In this document: piece by piece, positions 19,721 to 27,551 of the stretch
Position numbering within the stretch: position 1 is the stretch's first letter
Layout of the letters: every line of letters begins with the position of its first letter
Assembly: GCA_049288625.1 (NCBI GenBank)
Contig: JBAQIB010000033.1
Location: 50,890-114,889, forward strand
Length of the DNA stretch: 64,000 nt
From: Terriglobales bacterium
GTDB taxonomy: Bacteria > Acidobacteriota > Terriglobia > Terriglobales > Acidobacteriaceae
Direction of reading: 5' to 3'
Notes under the pieces: generated by a model
What the model was told of the DNA's origin: nothing
Database searches by the model: none
The model's input: only the letters and a program-made list of their open reading frames with translations
Made by a program: the position numbers and the translations under genes

Positions 19721-20158
19721 ATGACCCCCCAACCCGAACCCGCTAGTCCCTTCCGCGCCGGCGCCATCGTCATCGCCATACTCGCGAATCCGCGCGAGAA
19801 ATTCTGGGGCGCAATCCTGCAACTGTCTCCAGTCGGACTCAGCATGCGCGGCGTCGATCTCTCCTCCTTCGACACCTTCATCGCCCAAATTCGCGATGGC
19901 GAGCCCTTCTCCGCCGGAGCGATATTCTTCCCCATGCATCGCATCGAGCGTTTGGAACTCGATTTGCCGGAGGGCAGCCTTCCATCGCTCGCGCAACGCT
20001 TCGCGCAAAAAACCGGGCAAGATCCAGCTCCTATGCTCGTAAGTGAATTTCTTCCCGCAGCGACCGCGGACACAGAGGACCTACGCGTGGCTACAGGCCA
20101 GGAAGAAGAGAGCACCACAGCAGGGAATTCAGGAACAGGCCCGGGAGAATCGCAGTGA
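19721..20158 (+). CDS. hypothetical cytoplasmic protein (145 aa)
   Basis: ATG at 19721. Protein-like composition only from this point. The stop overlaps the GTG start of the next gene (GTGA). Confidence 0.55.
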   Translation: MTPQPEPASPFRAGAIVIAILANPREKFWGAILQLSPVGLSMRGVDLSSFDTFIAQIRDGEPFSAGAIFFPMHRIERLELDLPEGSLPSLAQRFAQKTGQDPAPMLVSEFLPAATADTEDLRVATGQEEESTTAGNSGTGPGESQ

Positions 20159-20745
20159 ACCTCCGCCAGGTTCTCACCGCTCCCAATCAGCTCACGCTGC
20201 TAAGGATGATCTTTCTGCCCTTCATCGTGATCAATCTGGTCAAGCACGATTTCAGGTGGGCGCTCGCGTTGTTCGTCCTCGCAGGGCTGAGCGACGGGCT
20301 CGATGGCCTGCTGGCGCGCACGCTGCATCAGCAAACTGTGCTGGGGCAATATCTCGACCCTATTGCGGACAAGTTGCTCATGAGCACCATGTTTCTGGTG
20401 CTCTCGATCGAGCACCGGATTCCTTGGAAGTACACCATCGTGGTCTTCAGCCGCGATGTCTCCATCCTGATTATCAGTGGCGTGCTCTTCATGATTGCCG
20501 GCCTGCGCGATTTCCGCCCCAGCATCTTCGGCAAAGCCAACACAGCCGCACAAGTGGGCGCAATCTTCTTTGTTCTTCTGTTGCTCGTTGTCCCACAACA
20601 ATGGGTCTTGATTTCCCGAACAACTTTCCTCCGCGCAACTTTTCTTTTCACCATCGTCTCGGCCGTGCACTACGCGTTTCTAGTGCAGCATCGGCTTCGC
20701 AATCTGCCCTCAGCACATAATGCACTTCCATCGGCGCACACTTAG
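20155..20745 (+). CDS. CDP-alcohol phosphatidyltransferase family protein (PgsA-like)
   Basis: D-G-x2-A-R-x8-G-x3-D-x3-D motif present (SDGLDGLLARTLHQQTVLGQYLDPIADK). Multiple TM helices. Confidence 0.85.
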   Translation: MNLRQVLTAPNQLTLLRMIFLPFIVINLVKHDFRWALALFVLAGLSDGLDGLLARTLHQQTVLGQYLDPIADKLLMSTMFLVLSIEHRIPWKYTIVVFSRDVSILIISGVLFMIAGLRDFRPSIFGKANTAAQVGAIFFVLLLLVVPQQWVLISRTTFLRATFLFTIVSAVHYAFLVQHRLRNLPSAHNALPSAHT

Positions 20746-20801
20746 ACTGGCGGTCTGCAAGAACTTCTGAGAAGAAAGTTGAAGGTTCGGGAAGCGACGG
20801 A

Positions 20802-21761
20802 CTACACAGGCACCGGAACGCTCTCCACGATCTCGCGCAGCACTTGGTCGGATTGCTCCGACTTCCGGAGTGTTGAGGAATAGAGCGCATTGACCACCAC
20901 GCGGTGCGCGAAGACCGGGACCGCCAGCGGCTTGAAGTCTTCGGGAGTGCAGTAGTCGCGGCCGTCGATAAAAGCCATGGCCTGTGCAGCACGATAGAAC
21001 ATCTGTGAGCCGCGCGGGGACACTCCGAGTGAGAGATATTCCGACTCGCGGGTCTTAGCAACGATCGCCAGCGCGTAGGTAATGAGCGAGTCGTCCACGT
21101 GAACGCGGGTAACTGCCTGCTGAATCTCGAGCACATCGCTGGCGTTGAGCACTGGCCGCAGCTTTTCGAGCTGCGCGGTACCCGCTTCGTCGCGCAAAAT
21201 CTCGCGCTCGGCGTTGCCCTCGGGATAGCCCATGCGCACCCGCATGAGGAAGCGGTCGAGCTGCGACTCCGGCAGCGGATACGTGCCATGATGCTCGATC
21301 GGATTCTGCGTGGCGATGACCAGGAATGGCTGCGGCAGCGGGTAGGAATGCGCGTCGACCGTGACCTGGCCTTCGTTCATGGCCTCAAGCAGCGCGGATT
21401 GCGTCTTGGGCGTGGTGCGGTTGATTTCGTCGGCGAGCAGAACGTTGGCAAACACCGGTCCGCGCTTGAACTCGAACTTCTGTTCAATCGCCGAGTATAT
21501 GGAAATGCCGAGCACGTCCGATGGCAGCATGTCGCTGGTGAACTGCACGCGCTGGAACGAGCAGTCAATGGCTCGGGCCAGCGCTTGGCCGAGCGTTGTT
21601 TTGCCCACTCCAGGAACACCCTCGATGAGCAGATGACCGCGCGCGAAAACGGAAACCAGAGCGAGGCGAAGCACGTCGTCTTTGCCACGAATCACGGTGC
21701 GCAGAGATTCTTCCAGTTGGGTCGCGCGGCTGGAGATGACGCTAGCTGCCTTTGCTGACAT
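20802..21761 (-). CDS. MoxR-family AAA+ ATPase
   Basis: 319 aa. Walker A GVPGVGKT, Walker B LLADEINR, and the FKRGPVFANVLLADE and ATQNPIEHHGTYPLPESQLDRF blocks characteristic of MoxR. Confidence 0.92.
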   Translation of the reverse strand: MSAKAASVISSRATQLEESLRTVIRGKDDVLRLALVSVFARGHLLIEGVPGVGKTTLGQALARAIDCSFQRVQFTSDMLPSDVLGISIYSAIEQKFEFKRGPVFANVLLADEINRTTPKTQSALLEAMNEGQVTVDAHSYPLPQPFLVIATQNPIEHHGTYPLPESQLDRFLMRVRMGYPEGNAEREILRDEAGTAQLEKLRPVLNASDVLEIQQAVTRVHVDDSLITYALAIVAKTRESEYLSLGVSPRGSQMFYRAAQAMAFIDGRDYCTPEDFKPLAVPVFAHRVVVNALYSSTLRKSEQSDQVLREIVESVPVPV

Positions 21762-21814
21762 TGCTTGAATTCTACTATGTGGATCGAGAGGAAAACGGTT
21801 ACGGATGTCACCAG

Positions 21815-21837
21815 TAGAGACGCGGCTTGCCGCGTCT
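21815..21837 (-). terminator. stop-adjacent GC hairpin (TAGAGACGCGGCTTGCCGCGTCT), no U-tract
   Basis: 8-bp stem agacgcgg/ccgcgtct directly abutting the htpX stop. A near-identical copy lies at 53010-53033. Confidence 0.45.
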
Positions 21838-22683
21838 TCACTGTAGGGACTCCGCTGGCCTTCCGGTCAGCCGCTCGATGCGCTTTGCCGTTGGCGGATG
21901 CGTTGAGAAGAGATTGCCAAAGCTGAAGCCTCCCAGGAACGGCTGAATGATGAAAAGATGCGCCGTCGAGGGGCTTGCTATCAGTGGCCGTTGTTTCGAA
22001 TAGGCATCGATCTTCGCTAGGGCGCTGGCGAGCGCGTAGGGATTGCCCGTCCAATGCGCTCCAGTGTCATCCGCTCCGTATTCGCGCGAACGGGAGACGG
22101 CGAGTTGAATGAGCATGGCAGCGAAGGGCGCGAGGATCAACATTAGTAGCGCTTCCATACCACCACCACGACGTTCGTCGCGGCTACCTCCGAAAAACAT
22201 TCCCCAACGAGCGATCAACGTGATCGCGCCAGCGAGCGTGGCGACGATTGAGCTGATCAGGATGTCGCGATTGCGGACGTGGCCGAGTTCGTGCGCGATC
22301 ACACCCTCGAGTTCGTCGTCATTAAGCAAGCCGAGAATGCCCTGCGTGACCGCGACCGAGGCGTGATGCGGATTGCGTCCGGTGGCGAAGGCGTTGGGCG
22401 AATCGGTTGGGATGAGATAAACCTTCGGCGTGGGCAAACCAACCTTCTGCGCTAGGCGCTCGACGATGTTGTAAACGCGCGGTAGGTCGTCGCGAGAGAG
22501 GGGCTGTGCGCGATAGGCGGCGAGCGCGATCTTGTCGGAGAAGAAGTAGGAGACGAAATTCATGATGGCGGCGAGGACGAGCGCCAGCAACATGCCGTTC
22601 TGGCCGCCCAAAGCGCGTCCGACCAGCATGAACAGCAGGGTCATGACGGTAAGCAACAAAGTAGTTTTGAAGACGTTACCCAT
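21838..22683 (-). CDS. htpX: membrane zinc metalloprotease HtpX (M48 family)
   Basis: 281 aa. TM helices, HELGH zinc motif (IAHELGHVRNRD), NAFATG block. Confidence 0.92.
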   Translation of the reverse strand: MGNVFKTTLLLTVMTLLFMLVGRALGGQNGMLLALVLAAIMNFVSYFFSDKIALAAYRAQPLSRDDLPRVYNIVERLAQKVGLPTPKVYLIPTDSPNAFATGRNPHHASVAVTQGILGLLNDDELEGVIAHELGHVRNRDILISSIVATLAGAITLIARWGMFFGGSRDERRGGGMEALLMLILAPFAAMLIQLAVSRSREYGADDTGAHWTGNPYALASALAKIDAYSKQRPLIASPSTAHLFIIQPFLGGFSFGNLFSTHPPTAKRIERLTGRPAESLQ

Positions 22684-22838
22684 TTTCCGTTTTCCTCGGG
22701 AGACATTGTATTGGATGCTGAGGGTTCAGACCGGTCTCATGTGGCAGGAATCCGCTGGGGCGCCTCTGGTCGCGGTCTTTAAGAATCAAAGACTTAGCGC
22801 GGTAATTATCCCTTTACCTCACGTACAGTTGCGATTAT

Positions 22839-23792
22839 ATGACTCCAACGTTTGCAAGAGAGGACGATTGGCGCAAAATCCCCATATCGCACACAACCGT
22901 AGACTCCACACCAGAGATCGCGGTCGCGGCCCAGCCAGTCGAAGGAAGCAAGAAACCAGCGATCGTGTCCTCGCCGCATTCCGTCCAGTGTGCGCAAGGC
23001 ACACGCCCAAGTGGTACCATTTCCCGCGTGGGGAATTCCGTTTGTGTTTCAAGTTCTGCCTCGGCCGTTCCAGCCGCGACGGTTGCTTCGCGGCACTCAG
23101 CCCTCGTCCGCGTGACCCACTGGATCACCGCTCTATGCTTTCTTGCCCTGCTCGTCAGTGGAGGTGAGATTGTGATCTCTCACCCTCGCTTCTATTGGGG
23201 CGAAACCGGCAACGATTTGACTCCAACATTGTTTAAACTGCCGATTCCGGCGTCGAGGAAATTGGTGCCGAGCGGCTACGGGTATACGTTGCCGGACCAG
23301 AACGGCTGGAGCCGGTATCTTCACTTTCAATCAGCCTGGGTTGTGGTTTTGACCGGCCTGCTGTACATAATCTTTGGCTTGGTTGCAGGGCATTTTCGGA
23401 AAAATTTATTGCCCGATAAGGGCGATCGGTCATGGCGGGCGTTCTCGACCGCGATTGCCAGCCATTTGCGTTTCGAGCGGCCGAGTGAGGCGGAAGCATG
23501 GTCGTATAACTTGCTCCAGCGCCTCGCCTACCTGTTCGTGATCTTCGTTCTTTTCCCGCTAGTCATCTGGACCGGCCTGGCAATGTCTCCCGCGTTTGTT
23601 TCCGCGATTCCGGCGGCGGTCAATGTGCTGGACGGGCAGCAATCGGCGCGCACGCTTCACTTCTTCGTATCTCTGGCCCTCGTGCTCTTCCTGATGATCC
23701 ACGTTGGGATGGTCTGGTTTGCCGGATTCAGGAGCCGCATGCGCGCGATGATCACAGGCCGCGCCGCCGGCACTGACATGGAGCGCACATGA
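22839..23792 (+). CDS. membrane b-type cytochrome (Ni/Fe-hydrogenase / thiosulfate-reductase cytochrome b-like)
   Basis: Four to five TM helices with conserved His (VTHWITAL, RYLHFQSAW, RTLHFFVSL...MIHVGM). N-terminal ~95 aa unassigned, so the start is uncertain. Confidence 0.7.
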   Translation: MTPTFAREDDWRKIPISHTTVDSTPEIAVAAQPVEGSKKPAIVSSPHSVQCAQGTRPSGTISRVGNSVCVSSSASAVPAATVASRHSALVRVTHWITALCFLALLVSGGEIVISHPRFYWGETGNDLTPTLFKLPIPASRKLVPSGYGYTLPDQNGWSRYLHFQSAWVVVLTGLLYIIFGLVAGHFRKNLLPDKGDRSWRAFSTAIASHLRFERPSEAEAWSYNLLQRLAYLFVIFVLFPLVIWTGLAMSPAFVSAIPAAVNVLDGQQSARTLHFFVSLALVLFLMIHVGMVWFAGFRSRMRAMITGRAAGTDMERT

Positions 23793-24577
23793 GCGAACGT
23801 TCTCGTTCCGAGGTTGCACCGCGCAAGCTTTCACGCCGCAAACTGATCACCACTGGAATCGCAGCCGCGGCTGGAATGTCGGGCTTGGGAGTGGCGGCGC
23901 GCATGGCGCAGAGGTACGGGCTTGTCCCGCCCGATCACGGCGGAGTCTGGGGTGTCGGCGAAACGCTGACCTATGCTTCTCAGCGAATGCTTACGAGGCA
24001 TTCTCTGGCTCGCGAGTTTACTCGGAGCCAGATCTCGAAGCCTCCATTCGCAAACGAAATGGCGCCGCCCAGTGAAGAGTTCAAGCGCCTGCAGGCCGGG
24101 CGATTCGCGGACTGGCGGCTCTCCATCAACGGCCTGGTCGCTCGACCTGCGTCGTTTTCACTCGACCAGCTTAAGAGTTACCCTTCTCACAGCCAGATCA
24201 CCATGCTGCAGTGTGAAGAGGGCTGGTCATACATTGCGGAGTGGATCGGCGTGCCTCTCTCAGAAATCCTTCAGGCCGTGGAAGTCCATCCGCAAGCCAA
24301 ATACGTTGTCTACTTTTCGATCGAGCCCGACTGGTGGGACAGCATTGATATGGCCGACGCACTGCATCCGCAAACATTCCTCGCCTATGGGCTTAATGGC
24401 GATGAACTACCCGTGGGCCACGGCGGGCCGCTTCGCTTGCGGGTCCCACGCCAGATCGGCTACAAGAACGTAAAATTCATCACCCACCTGACGGTCACCG
24501 ACAATTTGAAAACCTTCGGCAAGGGTCTGGGCTCGGCTTCTCCAGAAGGAGGCTATGCCTGGTATGCCGGCATCTGA
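23789..24577 (+). CDS. molybdopterin-dependent oxidoreductase (sulfite-oxidase/YedY fold), Tat-type signal
   Basis: ATGA overlap with the cytochrome b gene. SRRKLITTGIAAAAG signal, then CEEGWSYIAEWIGVPL and HGGPLRLRVPRQIGYKNVKF blocks. Confidence 0.85.
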   Translation: MSERSRSEVAPRKLSRRKLITTGIAAAAGMSGLGVAARMAQRYGLVPPDHGGVWGVGETLTYASQRMLTRHSLAREFTRSQISKPPFANEMAPPSEEFKRLQAGRFADWRLSINGLVARPASFSLDQLKSYPSHSQITMLQCEEGWSYIAEWIGVPLSEILQAVEVHPQAKYVVYFSIEPDWWDSIDMADALHPQTFLAYGLNGDELPVGHGGPLRLRVPRQIGYKNVKFITHLTVTDNLKTFGKGLGSASPEGGYAWYAGI

Positions 24578-24660
24578 CAGGCTTTCTCAGGCGAGTGCCG
24601 CGTCTCTGTCGCGGGAGCCCGCTTCCACCTAGTTATTTGGGGGCCGTCGACGCTATGTTC

Positions 24661-26055
24661 TCAGCTTTGGCGCTTGAGGGCCCGCTCCAGCGTTTGGTCC
24701 AGCGCGGCCTTAGCTTTTTCGTAGTCGGCTTCGGTGATTTTGCCTTGTTTGCGTTCGACTTCGAGTTGGAATAGTTCTTCTTTCAGAGCCTCCAAGAGCG
24801 TCGCGGGTTTCGATGCCGCTGTGGCTGAAGGGGCTGAGTTCTGCGCGGCGGGCGCTGTTGAGACCGGTGCTGTTGCAGCGGAGCCAGAGATTGCTCCAGC
24901 TCCGGGACCGGTGATGGGAGCAGCGAGCGGGCCGCGGGCTCCCATGGCGACTGCTCCCCCCGATGCGGCCGAGACTCCACCTTGGCGTTTGGTGACGATC
25001 CAGCCGCCGAGGCCGAGCAGCACTACAAAAGCTCCGATGATCGGCCAGCGATATTTTTCTAGCGGGTCGGGCGCGTCGATGGGAGCGCCGAGTCCTCCGC
25101 CTGGGCGATTGCTCTCCGCCTGCGGGTTCTCATTCATCGGTCCGCCTTGCGCGCCACCTTGGCCCGCGGGACCTGCTGGCGCGGCTCCTCCCGCTTGCCC
25201 TTGCTGATCGGAAATCGTGCCGGTGCCGGTGACGGTGAACCCAAGCTGCTGGCCTACATGCGTTTGCTGCGCGACCTGGACGACGCTGTCACTCTGGTTG
25301 GGGTCCTGCATGGACTTGAACGTCGAAGCGTCGGCGCTGGCGAAGTGCATGGACTTGGGCAGCACGACTACGAAATGCTCCGCAGGATAGAGCGGCTTGG
25401 GATCAATTTTCGCCGTACCGTTGTACGGCATCGTGAATTCGAGCTGGAACTGGGTTTCTCCGGGACGCAGCGGGAAGGCAATGGCGTAGCGCCCCTTTTC
25501 GGATTGCGGCACGGCTTCGGCGGAGATGGGCTGCCCGTTGGGCGCTTTGGCCTGTAGCTGTTCGACTTTGGCTCCGGCGGGCAGATAGAACTCGAAGCTG
25601 TGGTCGCTATTCTGCGTGACGGCGGGCGACGAATTGTTGTCGACGGCGAACAGGCGAATGCCCTGCAAGCTGGTGGCATCGGCCTGCAAGCGCATGACGT
25701 CGGCGGTGAGGCTAATGCCTTCGACCTTCTTGGCGACGTCGTAGACCTTGAGGTCGACGTTCGAGGTGCCGGGAGGGGCGAACTGGTGATAGGTGACCGC
25801 CTGGTGGATGGCGCGAATGAGGTGCGGACCTGCGGCATCGGAGAGCTTGAAGCTGAACTTGCCCGCCGAGTCAGCCTTGGTGCTGCCGGCAACGTCCATG
25901 CCATTGGCAATGTTGATGAGGATGACCTCGTCTCCGGCAGCAGGCTTGTTGGTGGTGCCGTTGGTAACGGTGCCGGAGAGGGTCTGGGCGGCGACTGAGG
26001 CGAGGGAGAATCCCAAGATGGCGGCCAGTAGGGCGAACTTTGTCAGTTTGGTCAA
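24661..26055 (-). CDS. exported carboxypeptidase-regulatory-like domain protein with a C-terminal TM helix and CcmI-like cytoplasmic helix
   Basis: Signal peptide, TLSGTVTNGTTNKPAAGDEVILI...ADSAGKFSFKL, low-complexity G/A/P linkers, TM WPIIGAFVVLLGLGGWIV, tail LLEALKEELFQLEVERKQGKITEADYEKAKAAL. Confidence 0.6.
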   Translation of the reverse strand: MTKLTKFALLAAILGFSLASVAAQTLSGTVTNGTTNKPAAGDEVILINIANGMDVAGSTKADSAGKFSFKLSDAAGPHLIRAIHQAVTYHQFAPPGTSNVDLKVYDVAKKVEGISLTADVMRLQADATSLQGIRLFAVDNNSSPAVTQNSDHSFEFYLPAGAKVEQLQAKAPNGQPISAEAVPQSEKGRYAIAFPLRPGETQFQLEFTMPYNGTAKIDPKPLYPAEHFVVVLPKSMHFASADASTFKSMQDPNQSDSVVQVAQQTHVGQQLGFTVTGTGTISDQQGQAGGAAPAGPAGQGGAQGGPMNENPQAESNRPGGGLGAPIDAPDPLEKYRWPIIGAFVVLLGLGGWIVTKRQGGVSAASGGAVAMGARGPLAAPITGPGAGAISGSAATAPVSTAPAAQNSAPSATAASKPATLLEALKEELFQLEVERKQGKITEADYEKAKAALDQTLERALKRQS

Positions 26056-26111
26056 AACAACTCCTTTAGGTCAGCAGGTCCTGCGAACTCTTTGAAAGCA
26101 TTCTCCATTCT

Positions 26112-26200
26112 TTGTCATTCCGAGGAGGCGAAGGCGACGAGGAATCCAGAGTGTTCTCGCTCGCGGCAAACTGCATCCTCCGCTACGCTCGGGACAACAA
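26112..26200. repeat. TTGTCATTCCGAG-type inverted-repeat element (degenerate right arm)
   Basis: ttgtcattccgaggaggcgaaggcgacgaggaatcc ... gcatcctccgctacgctcgggacaacaa. Confidence 0.7.
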
Positions 26201-26226
26201 TTCAGGAATGGCGACACCAATCACGG

Positions 26227-26478
26227 TTAGCGACTTAATTCGGCATAAGCGATATAGAAGAATAGCGTTGCCACTCCCATCATGACGACGCCGGCTAAAC
26301 GCAGCCCCCAGAAAGGCATCTTGTAAGGATGCCAGCTGCCTTCCTTCCAACTGTTGGCAAACCTGTCAAAATTTGCCCTCACGTTGGCTGGCCGCAGGAT
26401 CATCGTCAGTCCGAAAGCCAAAAACCCAACTCCCATTACAAGAGCTGCCGGTGCATCGCTTCGGGTCACGAGTGTCAC
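26227..26478 (-). CDS. small membrane protein (hypothetical, 83 aa)
   Basis: Two or three hydrophobic segments. Same strand as the ccm genes. Confidence 0.45.
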   Translation of the reverse strand: MTLVTRSDAPAALVMGVGFLAFGLTMILRPANVRANFDRFANSWKEGSWHPYKMPFWGLRLAGVVMMGVATLFFYIAYAELSR

Positions 26479-26521
26479 AGTGGCAAAATTCTACGCTTCG
26501 ATTGCCTGCTGAAGCGGACAA

Positions 26522-26803
26522 TCACACCACCTGCCCCGCGGCCTGCTCTAGCCTTGCGATCTCGGCCATGATGGCGGCGGCTTCTTCTTCGAGCGAGGCG
26601 CGCATGGACTGGTAATCGGCGTCGGGCACCTTGCCGGCTTTGTATTCGAAATTCAGGTCGCGCAGGTTCTCGTAGACGGATTCCTTGCGCTCGCGGAGAT
26701 AGCCGAGGCGCGTCTTTTCTTCTCCGGCGTAAACTTCGCCGGGGAAAAAGAAAACGTAGTAGAGCGCGGCAAAGGTGAAAACGGCGCAGACGAAGAGGAT
26801 CAT
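26522..26803 (-). CDS. small TM protein with a CcmI N-terminal-like motif
   Basis: TM MILFVCAVFTFAALYYVFFF followed by YENLRDLNFEYKAGKVPDADYQSMRASLEEE, resembling the cytoplasmic L..L..E...G.i..adY motif of CcmI/CycH. Confidence 0.5.
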   Translation of the reverse strand: MILFVCAVFTFAALYYVFFFPGEVYAGEEKTRLGYLRERKESVYENLRDLNFEYKAGKVPDADYQSMRASLEEEAAAIMAEIARLEQAAGQVV

Positions 26804-26820
26804 TGGGTGCAGCCTCCCTC

Positions 26821-26875
26821 AGGGGCTAAAGCCCCTAATTTTTGGGGACAGCGACGGCCCGGCTGAAGCCGGGCC
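26821..26875. repeat. two-hairpin element, copy 1 (aggggc-TAAA-gcccct ... ggcccggc-TGAA-gccgggcc)
   Basis: Read directly. Lies between ccmH and the next downstream gene. Confidence 0.8.
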
Positions 26876-26954
26876 CCTTCAAAGCTCTCAATCGCAAAGG
26901 CGGGTGCGGTACCCGGCGTTTCGCGGGCGGGGGCGCCCGCGCCACATTGAACCA

Positions 26955-27551
26955 TCATTGCTCGGTCTCCTTGCGGGCCTGGGCTCGGAACTGGTCTAGC
27001 TCGTGGCCTTGGGGGATCGTGATGCCATCGGCCAGAGCTGGCTCGGGGCAATTCTTCCAGGCGCGCACAACCCACGTCACGAAGACGATGCCGGCGGCGA
27101 GCGCGACGAAGGGCATGATCCAGGCCACACGGTTGAAGCCGGTCGCGGTGGGCGCGGCGATGACGGTGGGACCGTAATTCTGCACAAAACCTTGAAGAAT
27201 GAGGTCGTCGTTGTCGCCCTTGTCGAGGGCGGCCATCAATTCGTCGCGCATTTTGTCGGAAGACTTGCAGCCAACGTGATTGCATTCGAGCAGCACCTGG
27301 CCGCATCCGCAGGTGCACATCATGCGATGGCCGAGATCTTTGAAGCGGGCATCGGTGCTCGGGCCGGCGCCGACAAAGAGGAAAACGGCGGCGGTGAGAA
27401 TGAGGGCGTGGAGGAGGCAACGTGTCGTTGTCCGACGGTGAGTAAGTGAATCCGGAGCAGAGCGAGGCCCAGCCCCTAAAGGGGCGATCGATCTCGATGC
27501 GCTTGCGGTATCGCTGAAGCGATACCCTGATACAAAACCCGGGATTTTCAT
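26955..27551 (-). CDS. ccmH: cytochrome c-type biogenesis protein CcmH/NrfF family
   Basis: MMCTCGCGQVLLECNHVGCKSSDKMRDEL...GDNDDLILQGFVQNYGPTVIAAP plus a C-terminal TM helix. The only in-frame start (27551) overlaps the ccmF stop (TGATG). Confidence 0.8.
   Translation of the reverse strand: MKIPGFVSGYRFSDTASASRSIAPLGAGPRSAPDSLTHRRTTTRCLLHALILTAAVFLFVGAGPSTDARFKDLGHRMMCTCGCGQVLLECNHVGCKSSDKMRDELMAALDKGDNDDLILQGFVQNYGPTVIAAPTATGFNRVAWIMPFVALAAGIVFVTWVVRAWKNCPEPALADGITIPQGHELDQFRAQARKETEQ
27472..27526. repeat. two-hairpin element, copy 2 (gcccc-TAAA-ggggc ... ggtatcgc-TGAA-gcgatacc)
   Basis: Same architecture and loops as copy 1 with fully compensated stems. Lies within the first 27 codons of the ccmH ORF. 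Confidence 0.8.
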
